IMG/VR virus record: IMGVR_UViG_3300020711_000298 | Location: 36,981-100,980 of that record | From: a virus | Strand: one strand, 5' to 3' | DNA: 64,000 nt | Part shown: positions 20,757 to 29,446 of the stretch, one piece after another | How the letters are laid out: every line of letters starts with the position of its first letter | Position numbering within the stretch: position 1 is the first letter of the stretch | Notes under the pieces: generated by a model | What the model was told of the DNA's origin: nothing | The model's input: the letters and a program-made list of their open reading frames with translations, nothing else | Databases searched by the model: none | Program-made: the position numbers and the translations under genes

Positions 20757-20778
20757 ACAAACAAAAACAAAACAGATT

Positions 20779-21075
20779 ATGAACTTTAAACAATGGATTA
20801 TTGATCTTTTCAAAGATGAAAGAGGATCAACATCAGTAAAACCAGTAGTGGCCGTGATTGGCACTTTATTTCTTTGCGTAACTATGACATTAAACAGTTA
20901 CACACATGAAGAATTTAAACCAGCTCCAGAATTAGTAAACGCTGTATTAGTTATAACAGCAATTGGTATGGGTGCTGATACTTTAGATAAATTCACTACA
21001 AAGAAACCAGACCCAATTACTCCAGCTGCTCCTGCTGAAACACCAACCCCAGAAGAAACATCAACAGAAGCGTAA
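20779..21075 (+). CDS. holin-like two-TM membrane protein
   Basis: Two hydrophobic helices, near endolysin. Confidence 0.45.
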   Translation: MNFKQWIIDLFKDERGSTSVKPVVAVIGTLFLCVTMTLNSYTHEEFKPAPELVNAVLVITAIGMGADTLDKFTTKKPDPITPAAPAETPTPEETSTEA

Positions 21076-21975
21076 ATGATAAAACTAACCAGTATCTTAA
21101 AGAGTATAGCAAATAAATCAACACTTAATGAGTGTGTTGTAGCAGCTATTAAACTCGGTAATGACAAAATTTTAGCTAAAAATAGAGATCGCGCTTATGA
21201 TCCTACTATTAAAATTATTCATGAGTTAATAGACGATATAGAAGTTTGTTATCTATATGATGAAATTACCGATTACTCTGAAGGTATGAATGAGTATGGT
21301 ATAGGTATTATAAATGCTTCATTAATGGTGGCTGAAGATGAAGCTCAAGGCACTATGCAAAGTAGTGAAAAAAATGATAAGAAAAAAACAGCTTCTCCAT
21401 CATATGATGGTATGAAAATAAGACACGCCTTAGCTAACAAAAAATTATCTAAGGCGGTTCGTTCTATAGTATCATACCAAGGTGAAGACCCAAAAGAAGT
21501 AGGTATTAAAGGTGAAACTATAGTTTCTAATCCTAAATATACCTTTATCGTTGAACTTACAAGTAAACATTTACCTGTAATTACAAAAATGAAACCTGAC
21601 ACTAAAGTAGTAGTACGAACAAATCATGGAATACACTATAAAGATGCAGGTTACACTAGTGGACCTAAAAGAGCATCATCTATTTCTAGAAAAGAAATAG
21701 CTCAAAAAGAGTTAGAAGACATAAAAAATGAAAATGAAATTCTTCCTGTATTGTCTAAATCTATAACAACAGATAATTACAATAATCCTTATAGAACAGA
21801 TAATAAATATGGAATGAATACAACATCACAAATTAAAATGAATCTAACTCAACTTACTTTTGAACTAGATTATGATGATGAACACAGCAAATTTGAAGGA
21901 TACGAAAATAAACTCCCAGAAGGATATGAGCCTAAAATAAAGGTAAGATTTAAACAAACAGAATTACATAAATAA
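21076..21975 (+). CDS. N-terminal nucleophile (Ntn) hydrolase-like protein with 19-aa leader
   Basis: CVVAAIKLGNDKILAKNRD, EGMNEYGIGI, VRTNHG match the C45/choloylglycine-hydrolase-like Ntn pattern. Confidence 0.65.
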   Translation: MIKLTSILKSIANKSTLNECVVAAIKLGNDKILAKNRDRAYDPTIKIIHELIDDIEVCYLYDEITDYSEGMNEYGIGIINASLMVAEDEAQGTMQSSEKNDKKKTASPSYDGMKIRHALANKKLSKAVRSIVSYQGEDPKEVGIKGETIVSNPKYTFIVELTSKHLPVITKMKPDTKVVVRTNHGIHYKDAGYTSGPKRASSISRKEIAQKELEDIKNENEILPVLSKSITTDNYNNPYRTDNKYGMNTTSQIKMNLTQLTFELDYDDEHSKFEGYENKLPEGYEPKIKVRFKQTELHK

Positions 21976-21987
21976 AAAACAAATAAA

Positions 21988-22587
21988 ATGGATTTACAAA
22001 AACTAAAAGGACACGTTCCTGATTCGGTTATTGAAATGTTACCGGATACAATCGCGAAATTTGAATTAAATACACCATTACGCTTAGCACACTTTTTAGC
22101 TCAAGCAGGTCATGAATCAGGTGGTTTTAAAGCATTAAATGAAAACCTAAATTATGGAGCTAAAGGTTTACGTAGCATCTTTGGAAAATATTTTCCTGAT
22201 GACGCTAAAGCAGCTTTATATGAACGTAAACCTGAAAAAATAGCTAACTTAGTTTATGGTAATCGTATGGGTAATGGTCCTGAAACATCAGGTGATGGTT
22301 GGAAATTTCATGGTCGTGGATTTATTCAATTAACTGGTAAAGAAAATTATGCTGCTTTTAGTAAAGAAATAAATGAAGATTGCGTTACTAATCCAGATTT
22401 AATCGCAACTAAATATCCTTTAGCCTCTGCTGCTTGGTTTTTTCATAAAAATGGATTACATAAAATAGCTGACGAAGGTGCTAACGAAGCAACAGTCACT
22501 AAAGTTACTAAAAAAGTAAATGGTGGTGTTTTAGGTCTTGAAGATAGACAAAGACACTTTAATGAATACTATTCTTTAATAAAATAA
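21988..22587 (+). CDS. glycoside hydrolase family 19 endolysin
   Basis: AHFLAQAGHESGGF, ENLNY, GRGFIQLTGKENY, VNGG..GLEDR. Confidence 0.9.
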   Translation: MDLQKLKGHVPDSVIEMLPDTIAKFELNTPLRLAHFLAQAGHESGGFKALNENLNYGAKGLRSIFGKYFPDDAKAALYERKPEKIANLVYGNRMGNGPETSGDGWKFHGRGFIQLTGKENYAAFSKEINEDCVTNPDLIATKYPLASAAWFFHKNGLHKIADEGANEATVTKVTKKVNGGVLGLEDRQRHFNEYYSLIK

Positions 22588-22592
22588 TAAAT

Positions 22593-22618
22593 AAGGAGCG
22601 CCAAAAAGCGCTCCTTTT
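22593..22618 (+). terminator. Rho-independent terminator
   Basis: aaggagcgc-caaaaa-gcgctcctt followed by tt. Confidence 0.7.
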
Positions 22619-22652
22619 ACATATTTATTATCGACTAAAATAACAAAATACG

Positions 22653-23270
22653 ATGATAAATATTACATACATTTATTTGGTTGAAAATTGTTTTGATAAT
22701 CCTAATAAAGTCTATATAGGAAAAACAAAAAATAAGTATAAGCGAAAATCAATACATAAAAAAACCTATGGTAAAAATATTGATTATACTATTATAGATC
22801 AAATAGATTCATTAAACCATAAAGATTGGAAACCTATTGAAACTATGTGGATTCAAAGTTTTATCAGTTGGGGATTTGATGTTCAAAATATCAAAAAAGA
22901 AGGAGGAAGTGGTAGTAGCGAATGGACTAAAGAACAAAAATATAAACAAAAACAAATTTTTAAAAATAGGAATATTACTTGGAAAACAACAGGATCAAAA
23001 GGATATAAATGGACAGAAGAACAAAAAAATAATAGAAAAGGAAAAGGAATAGGACCTAATCCTTTAATTTCTCTAAAAAAGAAAAATCATCCTAGTAGAT
23101 CTAAACCAGTATTACAATATGATTTAAAAGGTAATTTTATTAAAGAGTGGAAAAGTTGTGCTGAAGCTGGTAGGGTTTTATTTAATGGTAAAAGTCAATG
23201 TATTCAAGATTGTGCCGCTGGTAGACAAAAAATAGGATATAAATTTATTTGGAAATATACAAATTATTAA
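22653..23270 (+). mobile_element. free-standing GIY-YIG homing endonuclease with NUMOD1 C-terminal domain
   Basis: YIYLVE..KVYIGKT N-terminus; KPVLQYDLKGNFIKEWKS..GYKFIWKY C-terminus. Confidence 0.8.
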
Positions 23271-23281
23271 AATAAAAAATT

Positions 23282-23464
23282 ATGAAATACGTTTTATTAT
23301 TTATATCGTTTTTAATTACATTTTCTTCATGTGTAATGGTAGAACCTCCACATATACAACCTAATGTATATTATGGTGTATCTTATTATCCTAGACCATA
23401 TTACACACATCATGTTCGTCATTATTATAATTGCCAACACAATTACTATAATCACAGACATTAA
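23282..23464 (+). CDS. small lipoprotein, His/Tyr-rich
   Basis: Signal II with FSSC lipobox. Confidence 0.55.
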   Translation: MKYVLLFISFLITFSSCVMVEPPHIQPNVYYGVSYYPRPYYTHHVRHYYNCQHNYYNHRH

Positions 23465-24366
23465 TGAATAAAATAAAACCCTTTATATTCCCAACAATAG
23501 TAGCGCTTTCAGCTTTGTCTGTAAGCACTTCTGCTGCTTTTTACAGTGTTAGTGGTTTAATTAAATTATTTGCGGGGGCCGCATTTGCTGTGGGTATAAT
23601 GGCTGGATCTTTAGAAATCGCCAAACTCGTCACAGCATCATTACTTTACCAATATTGGGGTAAATTAAACAAAGTATTACGTACTTATTTAACAATAGCC
23701 GCTATTGTTTTAGTATTAATAACTTCGGCTGGTATTTATGGTTTTTTATCTGCTGCTTACCAAACCACAGCAAATAAAGAAGCAATAACAGAACAACGTA
23801 TTGCTGCTCTAGAAACCAAAAAACATTTATACGAACAAAACCGCGATAACTATCTCTCAGAAAAGAAATCATTAACACAAAATACTTCCGAGTTACGTTC
23901 TGCTTTAACAAATGAAAAATTAAAAAGTAAAAAATCATTTGAAAAGCAAATTAATAATATTTCTAAAACAGATGATAGAGTATCTTCCAAATTAGATATA
24001 TCAAATGACTCTATATTTGCTCTAAATAATAGAATTTTAGAATTAAAAACCAATAGCTCATCTACTTCAGAACTTGGCCCTTTAAAATATTTAAGTAATC
24101 TTACAGGTAAACCAATGGATAAAATCATCAACTGGTTATTACTTGTAATAATATTTGTTTTTGATCCTTTAGCTATTGCTTTAGTAATAGCTGCTAATTT
24201 TGCTTTTTCTCAAATAAAAAAAACAGATGAACCATTGTTTGAAGAAAATATAGAAGAAATAAAAGAAATTGAAAATACTCAAATAGAACAAACCATCCCA
24301 TCTCTTGCAGAAAGTGGATTAAGTCCTAAAGAATACGCTAAAATTTATCGTAAAAGACCTCATTAA
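23464..24366 (+). CDS. multi-TM coiled-coil membrane protein
   Basis: Three N-terminal TMs, long coiled coil, C-terminal TM IIFVFDPLAIAL. Confidence 0.65.
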   Translation: MNKIKPFIFPTIVALSALSVSTSAAFYSVSGLIKLFAGAAFAVGIMAGSLEIAKLVTASLLYQYWGKLNKVLRTYLTIAAIVLVLITSAGIYGFLSAAYQTTANKEAITEQRIAALETKKHLYEQNRDNYLSEKKSLTQNTSELRSALTNEKLKSKKSFEKQINNISKTDDRVSSKLDISNDSIFALNNRILELKTNSSSTSELGPLKYLSNLTGKPMDKIINWLLLVIIFVFDPLAIALVIAANFAFSQIKKTDEPLFEENIEEIKEIENTQIEQTIPSLAESGLSPKEYAKIYRKRPH

Positions 24367-24369
24367 AAG

Positions 24370-24401
24370 TTTGGTTTTTTAAATAGTTTTAAATATATTT
24401 A
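24370..24401 (+). promoter_or_regulatory. Bacteroidota-type promoter (TTTG-N20-TATATTTA)
   Basis: Exact consensus upstream of DpdA-like gene. Confidence 0.65.
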
Positions 24402-24419
24402 TAGAAAATAATAATTGTT

Positions 24420-25220
24420 ATGTTTAAAAAAATAAAAGTTTTCCATGAAGTTCCTTTTGAACTATTAGAATTAAGTATAGATTTTACAGATGGAGATTAT
24501 TGTTTACCTCATTTGTTAGACCAAAACGAAACATATAGGAATTATTTTTATAAGGCTAAAACAAAAAGTCGTTATATTATAATGGATAATTCCTTACATG
24601 AATTAGGTACTGCTTACAATACAGATCGTTTATTATATTGGATAAATGAATTAAAACCAAATGAATTTATTGTTCCTGATGTTTGGGAAAATAAAACTCA
24701 ATCAATCATTAATGCTAGAAAATGGGCTAGTATTCAATTACCTGAAGAAATAACTAAAGTAGCTGTTGTACAATTTAATTTTATAACAGATGCTATTGAA
24801 TGTTACCAAACATATAAAGATCTAGGTTATAAAAAGATAGCATTTTCATATGGTGCTTCTTGCTATAACCTAATTTCATCTCATCCAAATAAAGATATGG
24901 GTAAAGCATTAGGTAGAATTGAATTAATATCTAAACTTTATAAAAATAGAATAATATCATCAACCGACAGAGTACATTTATTAGGATGTGCTGTACCACA
25001 AGAATTTGGTTGGTATGATGGTATGCCTTTTATTGAAAGTATCGATACATCAAACCCAGTTATGGCTGGTATCGAAGGAAAATATTATACAGCTAAAGGT
25101 TTAACTACTAAACCTATGGTTAATATGAATATGGTTCAAGATGAAGAAATAGATAAAGATATAATTGATATTATAAAAACAAATATCAATTTATTTAGAT
25201 TTGTAAACAATTTAAAATAA
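24420..25220 (+). CDS. TGT-fold transglycosylase, DpdA-like (7-deazaguanine DNA insertion)
   Basis: IIMDNS, FIVPDV, RVHLLG, ESIDTS motifs of the TGT barrel; next to queC/D/E/folE. Confidence 0.6.
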   Translation: MFKKIKVFHEVPFELLELSIDFTDGDYCLPHLLDQNETYRNYFYKAKTKSRYIIMDNSLHELGTAYNTDRLLYWINELKPNEFIVPDVWENKTQSIINARKWASIQLPEEITKVAVVQFNFITDAIECYQTYKDLGYKKIAFSYGASCYNLISSHPNKDMGKALGRIELISKLYKNRIISSTDRVHLLGCAVPQEFGWYDGMPFIESIDTSNPVMAGIEGKYYTAKGLTTKPMVNMNMVQDEEIDKDIIDIIKTNINLFRFVNNLK

Positions 25221-25224
25221 AAAT

Positions 25225-25512
25225 ATGATGTTAAAATTTGACACATACTGTGATCATTGTCAAGAAATAGACTTAGATATGGATGATGTATACTGTTCTA
25301 TGGATAGTTATGAATGTCAAGAAATGGCAGATTTACTATATGAAGAAGGTTATATAGCCAGAAAAGATGATTCATTAGAAAAACAATTAGAAAATTTAAG
25401 AGGAATTACTGGTAGTGAATTTAAAAATGCTATATTAAAACTAGCTACTAATTATTACCAACTAACACCAACCGAAACAGACATTATAATTACATTAACA
25501 AAAAAATTTTAA
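25225..25512 (+). CDS. hypothetical acidic protein
   Basis: 95-aa ORF in operon. Confidence 0.55.
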   Translation: MMLKFDTYCDHCQEIDLDMDDVYCSMDSYECQEMADLLYEEGYIARKDDSLEKQLENLRGITGSEFKNAILKLATNYYQLTPTETDIIITLTKKF

Positions 25513-25513
25513 T

Positions 25514-26407
25514 ATGAAAAAACAAGTAGTAATATCATTATCAGGGGGTATGGATTCAAGTACTCTACTCCTACATTACCTATCATCCGGTTACCAATGT
25601 ACTTGTATCTCATTTGATTATGGTCAAAAACATAAAGTTGAATTAGAGCGAGCAACTGAATTAGTACACTATATAAACAGTAATATATCAAACAATGTTA
25701 AACATCAGATTATCAAATTAGATGGTTTAGCTCAATTATTAAATTCATCATTAGTAGAAGGTGGAGAAGATGTTCCTGAAGGCCACTATGCTGAAGAAAA
25801 CATGAAAGCAACTGTAGTACCAAATCGCAATAAAATATTTGGTAGTATTGCTCAAGCAATAGCATTATCTATTGCTACTCAAACAAATAATGAATGTAAA
25901 ATTGCTTTAGGTATTCATGCTGGAGACCATAGTATTTATCCTGATTGTAGACAAGAGTTTAGAGATGCTGATTATAAAGCATTTTTGTTAGGAAATTGGG
26001 ATTCACATTTAGTAACATACGATGCTCCCTTTTTACAAGTTGATAAATTTGATATTTTAAAACATGGATTAGAATGTTGTGAGCAATTAGGTTTAGATTT
26101 TGATGAAGTATATAAACGTACTAACACAAGCTATAAACCAATTTTAATTGAAACTAAAGCATCTTTAGGAACAATAGAATTTGAGCATGGTGGGATAATC
26201 CATAAACTCCCACAAGAAGCAACAGTATACGGCACTTGGTACTCAGACTACAAATCAGGATCTTCAATAGAAAGAATATTAGCTTTTATTAAGTTAGGTC
26301 ACCCTGATCCAGTAGAGTATGCTGATGAAACTGGCCCTGTATCTTGGGATGTAGCTAAAACACACGCTGAAAAAATAGAAAAAATACATGGCAAAACACT
26401 CCAGTAA
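25514..26407 (+). CDS. queC: 7-cyano-7-deazaguanine synthase (QueC), lacking C-terminal Zn cysteines
   Basis: SLSGGMDSS, FDYGQKH, VVPNRN, GIHAGDHSIYPDCR. Confidence 0.9.
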   Translation: MKKQVVISLSGGMDSSTLLLHYLSSGYQCTCISFDYGQKHKVELERATELVHYINSNISNNVKHQIIKLDGLAQLLNSSLVEGGEDVPEGHYAEENMKATVVPNRNKIFGSIAQAIALSIATQTNNECKIALGIHAGDHSIYPDCRQEFRDADYKAFLLGNWDSHLVTYDAPFLQVDKFDILKHGLECCEQLGLDFDEVYKRTNTSYKPILIETKASLGTIEFEHGGIIHKLPQEATVYGTWYSDYKSGSSIERILAFIKLGHPDPVEYADETGPVSWDVAKTHAEKIEKIHGKTLQ

Positions 26408-26562
26408 TCCAATATGATCTTCAAGGTAATTTTATAAAAGAATGGAATTCGCAAAAAGAAGCATCTATTTTTTTAAAAACTAAAGGTGATGGGGTTGGAG
26501 CCTGTTGTAGAGGAAAACAAAAATCTGCTTATGGGTTTATTTGGAAATTTAAAACAAATTAA
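26371..26562 (+). pseudogene. NUMOD1 homing-endonuclease remnant (no start codon)
   Basis: Reads KNRKNTWQNTPVIQYDLQGNFIKEWNSQKEAS...CCRGKQKSAYGFIWKFKTN*, homologous to the C-terminus of 22653..23270; in-frame TGA directly upstream. Confidence 0.85.
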
Positions 26563-26571
26563 TTATATTTA
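26540..26571 (+). promoter_or_regulatory. Bacteroidota-type promoter embedded in HEG remnant
   Basis: TTTG-N20-TATATTTA exact. Confidence 0.6.
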
Positions 26572-26583
26572 AAATAAAAAATT

Positions 26584-26829
26584 ATGAGACAATTATTCTT
26601 TTTTCATGCTTCATGGTGTCAACCGTGTAAAGCCTTTAGTCCTATAATGGACCAAATTTCAAAACAAATCCCCGTGAAAAAAATCAACATCGATTACGAA
26701 CCTGATGTAACAACTAAATATAATGTTACAAGTATTCCTACTGTAATATTAGTAGAAAATGGTCAAGAATCTCGTAGATTCACAGGTGTTAAATCCTATA
26801 ATGATGTTTTAAACTTTATAAATCAATAA
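26584..26829 (+). CDS. thioredoxin
   Basis: WCQPC active site, SIPT cis-Pro loop. Confidence 0.9.
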   Translation: MRQLFFFHASWCQPCKAFSPIMDQISKQIPVKKINIDYEPDVTTKYNVTSIPTVILVENGQESRRFTGVKSYNDVLNFINQ

Positions 26830-26830
26830 T

Positions 26831-27310
26831 ATGGGAAGATATATCTCAACAAAAACATTCGACAATTACTCTGTAGCCATCAGACAATGGAAAGCACAAC
26901 ACTCACACTGTCAGCTACTCCACGGTTATGGAATTTATTTTAAAGTATGGTTTGCCTCAAATGAACCAATGGAAGAAAATCAATTAGACGATATGAATTG
27001 GATTGTTGATTTCGGTGGCTTTAAAGCACCACCTAAAGGCAATGGTTTAAAAGACTGGATGGACTATATGTGGGATCATACCTTACTAATTGAAAAAGAC
27101 GATCCGTACCTTGATTTCTTCAAATCAGCCGAAATGGAAGGTTTATGCCATGTTCGAGTAATGGATAAAATGGGATGTGAAAGTCTAGCTAAATTAGTTT
27201 ATGACAAATTCAACGATGTATTATCTAAAACAGATGCTGGTCGTTGTAAAGTAATCAAAGTAGAATGCTTTGAACATGGAAAAAATTCATCAATTTATCA
27301 AGAAAATTAA
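26831..27310 (+). CDS. queD: 6-carboxytetrahydropterin synthase (QueD)
   Basis: HCQLLHGY, WIVDFG, WDH, CESLAK, ECFEH. Confidence 0.85.
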   Translation: MGRYISTKTFDNYSVAIRQWKAQHSHCQLLHGYGIYFKVWFASNEPMEENQLDDMNWIVDFGGFKAPPKGNGLKDWMDYMWDHTLLIEKDDPYLDFFKSAEMEGLCHVRVMDKMGCESLAKLVYDKFNDVLSKTDAGRCKVIKVECFEHGKNSSIYQEN

Positions 27311-27322
27311 AACAAAATAAAT

Positions 27323-27547
27323 ATGAAAACAATTATCAGTAATGGAGTCTATCTTAGAGTAGATAATGAAGTGGCTGACCGTGAAGTATCATTCGGTCGA
27401 GCTAAATTTGCACCTAAATCCGAATGGAAGAAAAATGTTCGTGATATTAAACCAGAAGAAGTAGTTGTAGCCGAAGAAAAAGGTGAAAAAACTAAATCTA
27501 GAAAAGCTGAAAAAGCTCGTAAATTGAAAGCTAAACAAAGACAATAA
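27323..27547 (+). CDS. hypothetical basic protein
   Basis: 74-aa ORF in operon. Confidence 0.55.
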   Translation: MKTIISNGVYLRVDNEVADREVSFGRAKFAPKSEWKKNVRDIKPEEVVVAEEKGEKTKSRKAEKARKLKAKQRQ

Positions 27548-27810
27548 TGAAACAAAAAATTAAAGAGGCAGTTTTATTGTTTTTTATACAAATAGTAATG
27601 TATGGTTTACTATGTATAAATTTTAGAGCTGTAGCTCAAACCCAATATAATTTAGCAGCATTAACTGATTTTATGATTGGTAGCATGAGTTTCTTTATTA
27701 TAAGAAAAATAGCAAGATCTGAAGATGCTATTCACCAATGGATAGGATATGCCTTAGGGTGTGTTGCTGGATCTTATTTAGGTATTTACATTTCAACTTT
27801 ATTACATTAA
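27547..27810 (+). CDS. small three-TM membrane protein
   Basis: Hydrophobic helices, YALGCVAGSYLG. Confidence 0.6.
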   Translation: MKQKIKEAVLLFFIQIVMYGLLCINFRAVAQTQYNLAALTDFMIGSMSFFIIRKIARSEDAIHQWIGYALGCVAGSYLGIYISTLLH

Positions 27811-27814
27811 TATT

Positions 27815-28648
27815 ATGAGCAAAATTAACCCAAACAAACTATTAATCTCCAGCGACTTTTATAGCGTACAAGGAGAAGGCATATCATCTGGTATTCCATC
27901 ATATTTTGTTCGTTTAGGTTTATGTAACTTAACTTGTGGTATGAGCAATAAATTCCTCAACCAACTTGTTAAAGACAAAAAACTAGAAGACGGAGAAATA
28001 TTTGTAGGTGATCTACAAGCAGAAGGTAAAGCAACTTGGACTTGCGATTCTACATCACAATGGGCATGGAGAGGTGAAGACAAAGATTTTCAATATCTAA
28101 TCGACCAATGGAAAGAACAAGGTATCTATGACGATATTTTAAATGGTACAATTCATATTATTTGGACAGGTGGTGAACCTACAATTAAAGGACATCAAGA
28201 AGCTATTGTAAATTTTATTCAATATATGTGGGAATGTGATTCATATAATTATACCCCATTTCATGAAATAGAAACAAATGGAACAAACTATATTGAAGAT
28301 GAACTTTTAGAGTCATTAGACCAAATTAACTGCTCTCCAAAACTATCAAATTCCGGTTTATCAGTTAAACAGCGTATCAACCCAGAGGCTATTAAACGTA
28401 TAATGCAACATTCTAATTATCAATTTAAATTTGTAATTTCCAATGAAGAAGATGTACAAGAAATATTCCGTGATTTTATCATACCATTTAGCATACCTCT
28501 TGCCAACGTCGTTTGTATGCCAGGATTAGATGATGCTGCTAATTTTGAAGAACGAACTCGATTTGTTTTAGAGCTCGCTAAAAAATATCGCTTCCGCGGT
28601 CTTACACGACTGCATATAGCAGCATGGAACAAAACGCTCGACTGTTGA
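27815..28648 (+). CDS. queE: 7-carboxy-7-deazaguanine synthase (QueE, radical SAM)
   Basis: FYSVQGEG, FVRLGLCNLTC..CDS, TGGEP, EIETNGT, CSPKL, RLH. Confidence 0.9.
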   Translation: MSKINPNKLLISSDFYSVQGEGISSGIPSYFVRLGLCNLTCGMSNKFLNQLVKDKKLEDGEIFVGDLQAEGKATWTCDSTSQWAWRGEDKDFQYLIDQWKEQGIYDDILNGTIHIIWTGGEPTIKGHQEAIVNFIQYMWECDSYNYTPFHEIETNGTNYIEDELLESLDQINCSPKLSNSGLSVKQRINPEAIKRIMQHSNYQFKFVISNEEDVQEIFRDFIIPFSIPLANVVCMPGLDDAANFEERTRFVLELAKKYRFRGLTRLHIAAWNKTLDC

Positions 28649-28687
28649 TATAGAAAATCAACTTATTAAAACATTAAACATATAGTT

Positions 28688-29119
28688 ATGATACTTCAGA
28701 ACCGAAAAGCATATTACAATTACCATATACTTGAAGAGTATATAGCAGGAATAATGCTAGTTGGTTCTGAAGTTAAATCTATTCGTAACCATGATATTAA
28801 TTTTAAAGATAGTTATATTTATATCAATAACAATGAAGTGTTTGTAAAGCAAATGTTTATAGGAAAATATAAACAAGCGGTACATACTAATCATGAAGAA
28901 GTTAGAGATAGAAAATTATTGTTAACTAAAAAACAAATACGAAACATTCAAAAACAGCTTCAAGTAACAGGTATTACATCTGTACCTTTAGAAATATTTG
29001 AAATGAGTGGTAAATTTAAAATTAAAATAGCAATAGTTAAAGGTAAAAAGTTATATGATAAACGTGATGCTATCAAAGAAAAAGATATTAAATTACAAAC
29101 TCAAAGAGAACTTACATAA
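28688..29119 (+). CDS. smpB: SsrA-binding protein SmpB
   Basis: NRKAYYNY, AGIMLVGSEVKSIR, RKLLL, KGKKLYDKR. Confidence 0.92.
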   Translation: MILQNRKAYYNYHILEEYIAGIMLVGSEVKSIRNHDINFKDSYIYINNNEVFVKQMFIGKYKQAVHTNHEEVRDRKLLLTKKQIRNIQKQLQVTGITSVPLEIFEMSGKFKIKIAIVKGKKLYDKRDAIKEKDIKLQTQRELT

Positions 29120-29412
29120 TGACTATAAATCAACTTGAAAAATTAGCCAATAATAAAAATAAAGCATTATTATATTTTAATGCTGATTATTGTGATGCTT
29201 GCCATCAAACACATCCAATCATGGAACAAATTAAAGAATTAAAACCCGAATACATATTCTACAATTTGGATATAGATGATGCTGATAATGATGAAATATC
29301 AGAAATGCTTAAAATAGATTACATGCCTACTCTTATTATTATAAATGATGGTAGTATGAGAAAATATAAAGGTAAAAGAGAGATAGTTAAATATTTGGCA
29401 TCTCAAAAATAA
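29119..29412 (+). CDS. thioredoxin-like protein
   Basis: FNADYCDAC, YMPTL. Confidence 0.75.
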   Translation: MTINQLEKLANNKNKALLYFNADYCDACHQTHPIMEQIKELKPEYIFYNLDIDDADNDEISEMLKIDYMPTLIIINDGSMRKYKGKREIVKYLASQK

Positions 29413-29425
29413 GTTATTATATTAT
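29394..29425 (+). promoter_or_regulatory. Bacteroidota-type promoter (TTTG-N20-TATATTAG)
   Basis: Consensus match upstream of folE. Confidence 0.55.
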
Positions 29426-29446
29426 TAGAAATAAAATTTATATTAA

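Noticed and set aside
20112-23052. Overlapping + strand ORFs 20112..20369 and 22837..23052
   Set aside because: Alternative frames inside stronger genes, no motifs
26361-26390. Programmed -1 frameshift fusing QueC to NUMOD1
   Set aside because: gaa aaa ata repeats do not form a canonical X XXY YYZ site in the QueC frame and no stimulatory hairpin is evident
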